A DNA stretch of 54,491 nt, counting the filler, from Jimgerdemannia flammicorona (taxonomy: Eukaryota): NCBI GenBank assembly GCA_003990765.1. It is 2 parts of 2 records of this genome, joined end to end, with 100 filler letters (N's around TTAATTAATTAA, not from the genome) between each part and the next. Parts side by side here need not be neighbours in the genome. Positions count along the whole stretch, not along the records: positions 1 to 27,202 come from RBNJ01000652.1; positions 27,303 to 54,491 come from RBNJ01000653.1. One strand, given 5' to 3'. A program made the translations under genes and the position numbers. This document shows positions 23,270 to 33,600 of the stretch, in pieces (the stretch's first letter is position 1; every line of letters starts with the position of its first letter). Below the pieces are notes generated by a model, which saw nothing but the letters and a program-made list of their open reading frames with translations, was not told where the DNA came from and did not search any database.

Positions 23270-25525
23270 ACTAGCTCACCAGCAATAGAAAAAATATATT
23301 CAGATGAAACAGATATCACTGAAATAGCAAGATAATCGTGAGCCATTCGTGAAAGATTAGGATATACCGACTGATTTCACTGCCACCAATCCAGTATATC
23401 TATACGAGGATCAGCTGGATTCTCTGACAAATAACTGAAACAGAGAAATATGAGTGAAAATTAACCAAGCCAATCAAAAAACATAAAAACAACACCCACT
23501 ATTCAAGCTCATCATCCACATCGACATGCTGTTTCTTCTCATATATTGAGTTAATAAAATCATCAGCATTATGAGATATTGAGGGTATAATGATAGCATT
23601 AACAGGCTTATACTCCTTTTCCCAGATATGTTCCATCTGATTCTTCTATTCATCAATTAAGGATTTTTTCCATTGCTCACGACAGAAATAATACATGTTG
23701 ATACATGGATCTAAGGCCAAAGCTATGCTGTATAATGGTGTCATCTTGCAGTAATACTTTAGAAGTTTCATATGTGCATTCTCAGCAGCAGTAAGTATTA
23801 TCTATAAAAAATAAAAATATATACATATTACTTCCCAATTACTTACTAAATTAGTTCCTAAATTCACAAATAAAATTACTTTCAAAATCATATATATACC
23901 TGATTAAAATGTTCACCAGTTTGATATGTATCAATGATATCTTCGAGGTGATCACATAGCTGATTAAATAGTGGGATAACAGCTGCTATTGTAGGATACT
24001 TCGAAGCTGACATCACAGTTGTCACTTTGGCAAAAGACTCGAGAAATCAGCAAATCAATTCAAATTATTACCATGCATCTTCAGATATATCACTCATTTG
24101 CTTATCTATAGCACACAATATATCCAAGCCCTATTTGGATGTAATATCAATTTATTTAGTACCAAAATACTTCCAAATTGTATTCCAAAATTTATACAAA
24201 TAGATTCAAAATCTTACCTTACGAATCTCCAGAGCACACACTAACATTTTATGTGTAGAACTCCATCTCATCATAATATCTAAGAGAGGCTTCAAAATGG
24301 GAATTCCGGAGGATTCACAGACCTTCGCCAGTTGTGCTTGTCATTGCGCTGAATTTTTGATCTTCTTTATCAACTCCCATAGCTTTCCAATGGGCTTGCT
24401 AAGAGAACCAAGAGCATCATGAATGACGAGATTCAACACATGCCTGAAACAGCATACATGAGCGAGTGGATGATAGAGATTCTCAAACAGAGTATCATTG
24501 TTACTGGCATTGTCACACACAACAGCAATGATTTGATTGTCACTAGGCAATATATCATCTATTACCAGCTCCAGACTTTTTGCAAGATTGGCACCCATGT
24601 GTGTTATTTCGCTGATATTCACAAAGTCTAAGATAATGTCATGCATTTTCCAATCACTGTCAATCCAATGGGCTATTATTCCAAGAAAAGCCTTGATGTT
24701 AATGTCTGATGTCCAACAATCAAGTATAAGTGACACCTTTGACTTGAGTCCTGCTAGCCTTGCTTTCACTTGAGTCCATAATAGTTCAAATTCCTTTTGA
24801 ATAACTCGCGAAATTGTATCAGCTGATAGAAGGGCCAGATCAGGGTGTAATATGTGAAGGAGATACTTGAAGCCAGCATTTTCGATAGTGGAGAATGGCT
24901 GATATCCAGTGACAATGAAGTTGGTAATTAACCGATAGAAATTTTCATCACTTAAAGTCTTGCTAGTGTGTTCCTATTTGTAATAATAAAATTTGATCAA
25001 TTATTTTTCTAATAACCTCCTAAGTACTTCCCGAATTCCATTCTATCCATACTCACAATATCATCTTTCTTAGACCAGCGAGGATTCTCAGCATGCTGGA
25101 GAGGTAAGAGCATGGCATTGTGATGCTTCCAGAGATATCATTTAAGATTGTTGATATTGCCATCTTTCGATATATAGCTCTAAGTCATGCAATGGTTGCA
25201 ACTGATGAGCTTACTTTGTAAATTCTATTTGAATAGAGAGATATGAGACTATATTAGAACCTCAACCACTTACAACCAACCACCCACTCTTACGACTGAG
25301 ACCAATCACCCCTATGAATTCAACCATTAGCACAATATATAAAACTACCTTTGTGGCATGATTCCACACCCAGCTATCACTAGGTTTTGTTTTTATTTTT
25401 ATTCTCATGCTCATTGGTGATAATGAACTAGTGGAGATATCTGATATATCCTCCGATATATCCTCCGATATATCATCCAATGGTTCCGAGATTTCTCCTA
25501 AATGTACTTCTTGATCTTTAGACAT
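23270..25525 (-). pseudogene. hAT transposase (BED finger, DDE core, hATC dimerisation domain), multi-exon, with stops
   Basis: SWVWNHATK / ISCNHC...LWKHH (BED), LILDCWTS, FLGIIAHWIDSDW, VVCDNASNN, HVCCFRHVLNL (CxxH), RWSSTHKML, KYPTIAAVIP, LDP, DILDWW..NQSVYPNLSRMAHDYLAI..SVSSEYIFS. GT-AG introns, e.g. 25348-25225. Confidence 0.93.
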
Positions 25526-25871
25526 TTCGAATGTTTGATGATGGCAGGGACTGGGAGCTTGAGTGGGAGGCCGAGAGCTGGAAAGTGGCTAGGAAGTGGC
25601 GAGCTAGGGAGTGGCGAACTGGGAAACGAGCTGGGGGGGCAGTGAACTAGGGGGCAGGGAGTTGTGGGGAGGCAGCAAGCGGCGAGTGGCAGGAAAAGCC
25701 AGGAACTGTGGGGGGCAGCAAGAGGGAGAGTAGCAAGGTGGTGTACGATAGCCAATGATCGATTGTGGACAGAGGATGGATGAATAAATACACATGGGTG
25801 GTGAACTGATACCCATCATGCAACTGCAAACAGCAAACAGCAAACATACTTTAGAGATTCAGCATGTTCTG

Positions 25872-26240
25872 CATTGAGCAAGGTTTGCAATGACGTTTGA
25901 GTGAGGTTTGTGGTGTGTTTGAGTGAGGTTTGTGGTGTGTTTGAGTGAGTTTTGCAGTGAGGCTCGAGCAAGATTTGCAAGCGAGATTTACAAGTGAGAT
26001 TTGTACATAAGATTAAAGCAAGATTTGCATAAGCCAGGCTTTGCAAGCCTTGCACTTGCAAGCCTGGACAAGCTCAGTCACAAGCTGATATGATATGTAT
26101 ATAAGCTGATATCACGTGATATCAGCTATCAGCTGAGCTTGCAAGTGCAAAGCTTGCAAATCTCACTCGAATTTCACTGCAAATCTCACTCAAACACACC
26201 ACAAATCTCACTCAAATGTTGTTGCAAACCTTGCTCAATC
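25872..26240. repeat. Long imperfect inverted repeat 1 with perfect 24-bp palindrome AGCTGATATCACGTGATATCAGCT (26104-26127)
   Basis: Left arm attgagcaaggtttgcaa..tttgagtgag.tttgtggtgtgtttgagtgag..tgcacttgcaagc is mirrored by gcttgcaagtgca..ctcactcaaacacaccacaaatctcactcaaa..ttgcaaaccttgctcaat. Confidence 0.9.
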
Positions 26241-26271
26241 AGGGCTTATGCAGAACTCACTGAATCACACA

Positions 26272-26510
26272 GAGAGGAGTGGAACGCAGTGAGGAAAGCT
26301 CCAGATTGCAAGTGTAAGTGTAAGTATAAGCATAAGCATAAGCATAAGCATAAGTATAAGCTTTGCTCTGCTCAGTCTGACAAGCTGATAATAAGCTGAT
26401 ATCATGTAATATCATCTATCAGCTGAGCAGAGCAAAGCTTGTGCTTGTGCTTATGCTTATGCTTATGCTTGCAATCCAGAGCTTTCCTCACTGTATTCCA
26501 CTCCTTTTGC
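26272..26510. repeat. Long imperfect inverted repeat 2 with the same core and (AAGCAT)n arms
   Basis: aggagtggaa..cagtgaggaaagctc..gattgcaag(..taagca)n..gctttgctctgctcag / ctgagcagagcaaagc(ttatgc)n ttgcaatc..gagctttcctcactg..ttccactcct. Core aagctgatatcatgtaatatcatctatcagctgagc. Confidence 0.9.
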
Positions 26511-26744
26511 ATTCCACTCCTCTTGCATTCCACTCCTCTTGCACAACCCTCATGTATTCCTCCACCTCCCTCACCCTCATTCCTCAGATTGCAAATAATA
26601 TGCAATTTAGAAATGGGTTTTGAAAGAGATTTTGAAGAGATTCCGAAAGAGATTTCAAAGAGATTCGAAAAGAGCTTCTGAAAGATGTTATAGCTTTTGA
26701 ACATTTAAGATATTGAAAGCTTACTTTCACCTCTCATTCTTTTT

Positions 26745-26836
26745 ACCTCATCCTTTGCTTCGCCTCATCCTTCGTTTCGCCTCATCCTTCACTTCGCCTT
26801 ATCCTTCGCTTCACCTCGTCCTTCACTTTGCCTCAC
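26745..26836 (+). repeat. 17-bp tandem repeat (CCTCATCCTTCGCTTCG consensus)
   Basis: About five adjacent units immediately upstream of the ATG at 26850. Confidence 0.85.
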
Positions 26837-26849
26837 TTAATTCACCACT

Positions 26850-27153
26850 ATGTTGAGAAAACGTAGATATGACTACCCAGCCAATAAGTATTTACTTGGC
26901 CCCCCCCAAGCTCGACGTGCTTCAGCTCACCATCCCAAAGCTCAGTGCCCTAAAGATATCCAGCTTGCCGACACCCAGTCTGCCAAGCTTGCCGACACCC
27001 AGCCTGCCAAGCTTGCTGACACTCAGGTTGCCGAGCTCGCCGACTCCCAGCTCGCTGACCCTCAGCTCCCCAATCTCCAGCTTGACCGCCAGCTCACCAC
27101 CGGTCTGCAAGCACAAGGTCCCCCACCAGATCCCAATAATACAGCTTGAAAAA
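26850..27153 (+). CDS. Putative first exon of an unknown gene divergent from the hAT transposase
   Basis: ATG after a pyrimidine-rich leader. MLRKRR (basic, NLS-like), then 8-aa LADTQ-type repeats. TGA at 27147 may be CGA>TGA, and is followed by a GTTAGT donor-like site at 27154. Truncated by the gap. Confidence 0.4.
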
Positions 27154-27202
27154 GTTAGTTTTTTTTTTTTTTTTCTTTTTAAATCAATGTCTGAATTTTT
27201 TT

Positions 27203-27302
27203 NNNNNNNNNNNNNNNNNNNNNNNNNNNNNNNNNNNNNNNNNNNNTTAATTAATTAANNNNNNNNNNNNNNNNNNNNNNNNNNNNNNNNNNNNNNNNNN
27301 NN
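27203..27302. other. Artificial contig-joining linker (44 N + TTAATTAATTAA + 44 N)
   Basis: A six-frame stop spacer centred in an exact 100-bp N block. The two sides need not be truly adjacent. Confidence 0.95.
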
Positions 27303-27309
27303 CAGATTC

Positions 27310-27864
27310 ATGAGAGGATTCTCCAACATTGCAGACCCAATCTACGAACTCAACAAGAAGGATACCAAGTTCCAGTGGACTGGCAGACAACAAAAAGCAT
27401 TTGACGAACTCAAGGTCAGACTAACTCAGGCACCCATCCTCAGACAACCCAATTGGACCCAAGAATTTATCCTTCAGACAGATGCAAGCACACAAGGACT
27501 AGGAGCAGTCCTGGCTCAAAAAGAAGACAGAAAAGAGTATGTCATTGCATATCTTAGCCGCGGGACCCGAGGGGCTGAAAAAGAATACGAGTCCTACAAG
27601 TTGGAATGCCTTGCAGTCATCTGGGCTGTGGAAAAGTTCCACTACTATCTGGCCGGAAGACACTTCACCATCCAGATGGACCACTCAGCTCTCACCTGGC
27701 TACTGACAACCGGACAACCCAAGGGAATCTATGCCAGATGGATAATGAAGTTACAAGCCTATGATGTAACCATCGTGCACTGCCCTGGAAGAACAAATTC
27801 CAATGCAGATGCTCTCTCACAGATACCTCGAACTACCTCCAACCAACAAATCAATCATGAATAA
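27310..27864 (+). CDS. pol: RT connection / RNase H (partial, starts at gap)
   Basis: FQWTGRQQKAFDELK, FILQTDASTQGLGAVL, YKLECLAVIWA, DHSAL, NADALS, then TAA. Confidence 0.92.
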   Translation: MRGFSNIADPIYELNKKDTKFQWTGRQQKAFDELKVRLTQAPILRQPNWTQEFILQTDASTQGLGAVLAQKEDRKEYVIAYLSRGTRGAEKEYESYKLECLAVIWAVEKFHYYLAGRHFTIQMDHSALTWLLTTGQPKGIYARWIMKLQAYDVTIVHCPGRTNSNADALSQIPRTTSNQQINHE

Positions 27865-29050
27865 GGAGCTCTACTATGGAATCATCATATACCTGGGACA
27901 GCAAAAGATGCCCCAACATCTGGAAGAATGGACACAAATGATTATCAACAGAACATGGAAACAATTCGAAACTGACGGAGAAACACTGAAGAAAGGAAAA
28001 CTACTAGTCATACCAGAACACAAGAAGGAGCAAGCAATGAAATCAGTACATAAACTTGGCCATCTAGGAGGAACAAATATATACAACAAGGCAAGAAGAA
28101 CAATATGGTGGCCAGGGATGGAGGAAGATATCAGACAATTCATCAAGACCTGTGACAAATGCCAGAAACAGAAATAAGACCAACGAAATCAAGCCCCAGG
28201 ATCAGCACACATAGAACCAGTACCATTCGCCCACATTGCAATGGATATAATTGGCCCCCTACTGTTGACTTTGACTGGCAACCGATACATCATTGTCATC
28301 GTAGACCTTTTTACAAAGTGGATAGAAGCGGGACCCCTTATGGAAGCCAATGCACAGTTAATCGCCGATTTCTTCCATAAGGAAATCATCTGCCGGTTCA
28401 AGACCCCAACACAAGTAACTACAGATAGAGGAACCGAATTCGTGAACCAGTTCTTCGAAGTTCTCTACAAGAAGTACAAGATCCAGCACATTCGGACCAC
28501 AGCCTATCACCCTCAAGGGAATGGACAAGTAGAAAGGACCAACAAGACCCTCAAGAATATTATTGCCAAGATCTGCAATAGCTACGAGAACTGGGATCAC
28601 TATCTACCAATAGCATTATCTGCTCTCCGGGATATCCGATCACAAAGTACCCACTTTACCCCTCGAGAAATGCTGTTTGGAGAAGAATATTCTCAAGGAA
28701 CCCTATCATCCAATGGAGACACTGTATGGAAACATGTGGACACGGAAATACAGAGACTACACCAAATCAGGAAGAAGGCTGAGGATTACATAACGAAGGC
28801 GCAGACACTACAATGGAGAAACGTGGAAAAAACCCACAAACTGTTGGAGATCATCAAGATAGGAGACAAAGTCCTGGTGTATCGGAATATGGTTGAAGCT
28901 TCATGGTCACGAAAACTGGAGCCCAAGTGGGAAGGACCTTACCTTGTGCAAGATATAAAAGGGACCACCTTTTGGCTACAAAATCCCTCAGGCATAATAA
29001 TCCCCACCACCATTCACCGAAACTGACTCAAGAAATACCATGGCCAGTAA
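27857..29050 (+). pseudogene. Integrase encoded in a separate reading frame
   Basis: Own ATG at 27857. HHCC (HKLGH...CDKC), DDE (AMDIIG, TDRGTEF, QVERTN), KWEGPY. Internal stops at 28175 and 29024 look like CAA>TAA and CGA>TGA. The likely natural end is HRN(R)LKKYHGQ* at 29050. Confidence 0.88.
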
Positions 29051-29501
29051 CAAAAGTACTGCAATAGCACTCAAGATCACTAGTGCTGCCCAAAGAGCCA
29101 TCAAAAGACAATGGCACACCACCGAGCCTCCAACCATAGAGCTATTCTATGAGGATATTCAGAGTATTGGGCAGACTCATCTCTCTCAGATCTCGCACTT
29201 TAGAGCCTATCAATATCAGGCAGAATTCCAAGAGTACTTCAAGCTTGGACAGGTGCTCAATCAGGATCCAGCAAAGACCAAGGAGGACTGGATTGCCGAG
29301 TGTCAACTCTCCCACTCACAGATCACTGTTGCCAAAAGGATCCACAAGTTATTCCAAGAAGATAAAGCAGCGATAGACCACCTGAGAGGAGTAACCCCTA
29401 CCGACTTCGAGAAAGTGAGAAGACATCATTGGGAAACAGTTATACAGCAAATCGCACAGTACAAGACCATACAGACCGTTGAAGCCTGGGAGTTTGAATA
29501 G
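29040..29501 (+). CDS. Extra 153-aa ORF of unknown function between integrase and PPT
   Basis: Intact ATG to TAG, overlapping the integrase end. A degraded homologue sits at the same position in copy D (31118-31543, minus). Confidence 0.8.
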   Translation: MASNKSTAIALKITSAAQRAIKRQWHTTEPPTIELFYEDIQSIGQTHLSQISHFRAYQYQAEFQEYFKLGQVLNQDPAKTKEDWIAECQLSHSQITVAKRIHKLFQEDKAAIDHLRGVTPTDFEKVRRHHWETVIQQIAQYKTIQTVEAWEFE

Positions 29502-29538
29502 ATACCTCAGGGACAAGACCATCTATTCAGGAGGAAGT

Positions 29539-29997
29539 TGTGATGGTACAGCCAGATTTAGAAAAAGGAAATAGGGAATAGACACTTGATCGCACCAATT
29601 CCCAAAGTAGTATAGCATTATAGTTAGCCGTCCTCGATTTTGACATTGTCTAATTTCTTAGACATTATCCAAATCGAATACCCCGATTTAGTATAGTATT
29701 TAGACATTGTCCAAATGTTTCGACAAAGTCCAAATGACTCATTTATTACTTAGCCACCCTCTCATAGCTAGCAAACTTGTATAAATAACCCAGTATCTTC
29801 AAGTGAATAAACCTCAGATCAAAATAGTTCAAAGCAAAGAGATAGCAAAGGAACTAGTAAGCCTGCGGGCAGATATACTTCGAACTCACCCACCCTCCCC
29901 TGCAACTTCAAGAAGACTCTGCGAGAGTCAGAACAGTCAAGTTTTCAAGATACAGAAATCCAACGTACTTTCAAGAGTAAGCGTCCGCCACATTACA
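29539..29997 (+). repeat. 3' LTR of copy C
   Basis: TG...CA ends, follows the PPT, contains TATAAA and AATAAA. Homologous to 30628-31080 and 40380-40650. Confidence 0.9.
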
Positions 29998-30176
29998 ATA
30001 TATACAAATATATCTAATATACTATTAATATACTGAATTTAAATATTGAAGTAATGATATTTTGCTATTTAAGTATACTTTCTACTTATAATAAATTATA
30101 ATTTATTTATTAAATAGATTAGTTATACATAGTTTGAGATTATATAAATTAATATAATATTAAATATATATATATA

Positions 30177-30612
30177 TAATAGGAGAATAAATAGATACTA
30201 TACAGAAAAAACTAATATTAGGTAATTAGAAGTATATAGTATCCTCAAAAAAAATAAAAATCAATTATTTTAAATTCTATATATAATATCTGTCTTTTTG
30301 AATTTTACAGTCAATTAAAGGTTATATGACTTTTTCTATATTGAAAATACTGCAAAACTATATTAAACTGACTATAAATACTCAAATAGTATATTATTAT
30401 TATCTCAAATATCTAAGATACTATAAAATTGAATTAAAGAAATAAAATACCATTTAATACAAGTTATGTAACATTAGTTAACTAAAATTTGAAAAGATAT
30501 ATATTATATATAGAATTCAAAATGATTGATTTTGTTTTATTAGAAGATACTCTATACTTACTATCACCTAATATAAGTCTGTTCTATATAATATCTATTT
30601 ATTCATCTATTA
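30177..30612. mobile_element. AT-rich foldback/MITE-like element with ~155-bp inverted arms
   Basis: 30177-30333 matches the reverse complement of 30461-30612 (gaataaatagata..atattaggt..agtatc..aaaatcaat.atttt.aattctatatataatat). Confidence 0.7.
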
Positions 30613-30627
30613 TTCTTATATACATAT

Positions 30628-33600
30628 TATAACCTAATCTCAGAAGTATGACAGATTTCTATATCTTGAAATCTTGACTTGTTCTAACTCTTACAGAGTC
30701 CTCAGATTGCAGGAGAGTGAGTTCAAAGTATATCTGCTGCAGGCTTACTAGTTTCTTTGATTTCTCTTTACTTTAAACTATTTTGACCTAAGGTTTATTC
30801 ACTCTAAGATACTGGGTTATTTATATACGTTTTCCAGCAATAAGGTGGCTAAGTTATGACTATATTATGAGTTACTTTTTGCAAGTATTAAATCTTTTAA
30901 TATCTGCAGAATCTTCAACATCTGCAAAGAGTTTAATATTCATAAAAACTTTAATAGTTGCAAAATACAATAGCTACTATTTATAAGACTATACTATATT
31001 AGATATGTATTGGGTTCAGATATCATAATCAAATATCTAATTCTCCTGATTCATATTCTTAATTTAGATCAACTATTACAACTTCCTCCTGAATAGATGA
31101 GTTATCTCTGAAACATTCTATTCAAACTCCTAAGCTTTTATAATTTATATCTTCTTGTACTGTACAATTTATATTATTATATACTCCTAGTACTATCTCT
31201 TGATATATTCAAAGTCTTTTAGGACTACTCTACAAAGATGAGTGAGAGCTGGCTTATTATCCTTAAATATCTTTTTAACTCATTTGATAGTTGTGATCTA
31301 AGTATAAGAGAGCTGGCACTCTTTAATCCAGTCTTCTTTTCCCATATCTTGCTGTGAGTTCAATAGCTATCTCAACTTAAAGTATTCTTGAAACTCAGTT
31401 TGGTTCTGATAGGTCTTAAAGTATAAGATTCATAATAAGTATATCTAAACTATGCTCTATATACTATCAAAGGATACTTCTATAGCTTACTATATAGTAC
31501 TGATGATTTTGAGGGCTGTGGCAGTACTCTGTTAATTAGCCATGATATTTCTTGAGTCAGTTTCAGTAAATGGTAGTGGAGATGATTGTGCCTGAGAGTT
31601 TTTATAGCCAAAAGATGATTCTTTTTATATCTTGTACTAGGTAAGATCCTTCTAACTTAGGCTCCAGTTTTTATGACTATGAGACTTATGAATCTTTTCT
31701 ACATTATTCTATTATAGTTTCTGCACCTTAGTTATATAATTCTTAGCCTTCTTTCTGCTTTTGTATAGTCTTTATATCTCCATATCTATATATTTCCATA
31801 TAGTATTAATAGAGTTTCTTGAGAACTTTCTTCTCTAAACAACATCTCTCAAGAGGTGAAATAAGTACTTTGTAATCTGATATTCCAGAGAGCAGATAAT
31901 GCTATTGGCAGATAGTAATCCCAGTTTTCATAGTTATCATAAATCCTAATGATAATATTCTTAAGAGTCTTATTGGTTCTTTCTACTTATCCATTCTCTT
32001 ATGGGTAATAGGCTATAGTCTGAATGTGCTGGATACTGTACTTCTTGTAGGAAATCTCAAAGAACTAGTTTACAAATTCTGTTCCTCTATCTATAGTTAC
32101 TTGTGCTGGAGTCTTGAATTAGCAGATGATTTCTTTATGAAAGAAATCAGTAATTAACTGTGTATTGGCTTTCTTGAGAGATTCTGTCTCTATCTATTTC
32201 ATAAAAAGGTTTACAATTACTATAATGTATTGGTTGCCAGTCAATATCAGAGATAGCAGGCCATTTATATCTATTGCTATATGAGTAAAGAGTACTGGTT
32301 CTATGTATACTGATTCTGGAGTTTGGTTTTGTTGGTCTTATTTCTGTTTCTGACATTTATCACAGATTTTGACAAATTGTCTGATATCTTTCTCCATTCC
32401 TGGCCACTACATTATTCTTCTTACTTTATCATATATATTTGTTCCTTCTAGATATCTAAGTTCATATATGGATTTCATTACTTACTTCTTCTTATATTTA
32501 GATATTACTAGTAATTTTCCTTTCTTCAGTATTTCTCCATCAGTCTGGAATTGTTTCTATGTTCTGTTGATAATCATTTGTATCTATTCTTCTAGATATT
32601 GGAGCATTTTTCACTGTTCTAGATAGGTAATGATTCTATAGTAGAGCTCCTTATTTATAATTGATTTGCTGGTTAGAGGTCCTTCAGAGTATCCATAAGA
32701 GAGTATCTATATTAGTGTTAGTTCTTTCTGGATAGTATATGATGGTTACATCATAGGCTTATAACTTTATAATCCATCTAATATAGATTTCTTTGGATTG
32801 TCCAGTAGTCATTAGCCAAGTGAGAGCTGAATAGTCTGTCTGGATAATGAAATATCTTCTGGCAAGGTAGTTGTGGAACTTTTCTATAGTCCAGATGACC
32901 ACAAGGTATTCCAACTTGTAGGATTATGACATATTCTACTTTATCTTTCTTTTGAGCCAGGACCACTCCTAGTTCTTAGGTGCTTGCATCTGTCTATAGA
33001 ACGAATTCTTGAGTCCAATTAGGTCTTCTGAGGATAGATGTCTGAGTCAGTCTGACCTTAAGTTCATCAAATACTTTTTATTGTCTACTGGTCTATTAGA
33101 ACTTCATATTCTTCTTATTAAGTTCATAGATTGGACTTACAATATTGGAGAATTCTCTGATAAAACTTTGGTAGTAAGAGATAAGTCCCATGAAGGCTTG
33201 GGCTTTAGTAACTATAGTGGACCTTCGGTATGCTGCTACTACTTGAATCTTGAGAGAGTCTGTATATATTCTATCTCTAATAATATGATCTTGATAGATG
33301 ATCTCAATTTCTACAAACTTGCACTTCTTGAGATTGATATAAAGACCATACTGTTTTAGCTTTTCTATCATCTGCTAGATATACTGTAGATGATAATATC
33401 ATTTATATAAACTATTATCTATCTTCCTATATCATAGTGAAAGATTTTGTTCATCATTCTCTGAAAGCTTACTAGTGTATTGTATATTCTAAATAATATT
33501 CACAAATAGATATAGATTCCATCTGGGGTAATGAAAGTGATTTTTTGCTTGCTGCTTTAGTAAGTCTGATTTGATAGAATTCTGAGTATAAATCCAAGAT

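Larger units (their letters stand above)
22791..27202 (-). mobile_element. hAT-superfamily DNA transposon (one terminus at 22791; the other is not seen before the contig gap)
   Basis: Terminus TAGTGCTCCACAA followed by subterminal tandem repeats, with a hAT transposase inside. Extent beyond ~25530 is inferred. Confidence 0.75.
27303..29997 (+). mobile_element. Gypsy-like LTR retrotransposon family 2, copy C (3' half, lightly mutated)
   Basis: RT end / RNase H, integrase, extra ORF, PPT AGGAGGAAG (29529-29537) and LTR TGTGA...TTACA. Confidence 0.93.

Noticed and set aside
26111..26118. Point-centromere CDEI (RTCACGTG)
   Set aside because: No AT-rich CDEII or CDEIII follows. Treated as an E-box within the palindrome.
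26139..26704. ORFs with KHKHKH or CLCLCL repeats
   Set aside because: Translations of the (AAGCAT)n hexamer arms of the hairpin.
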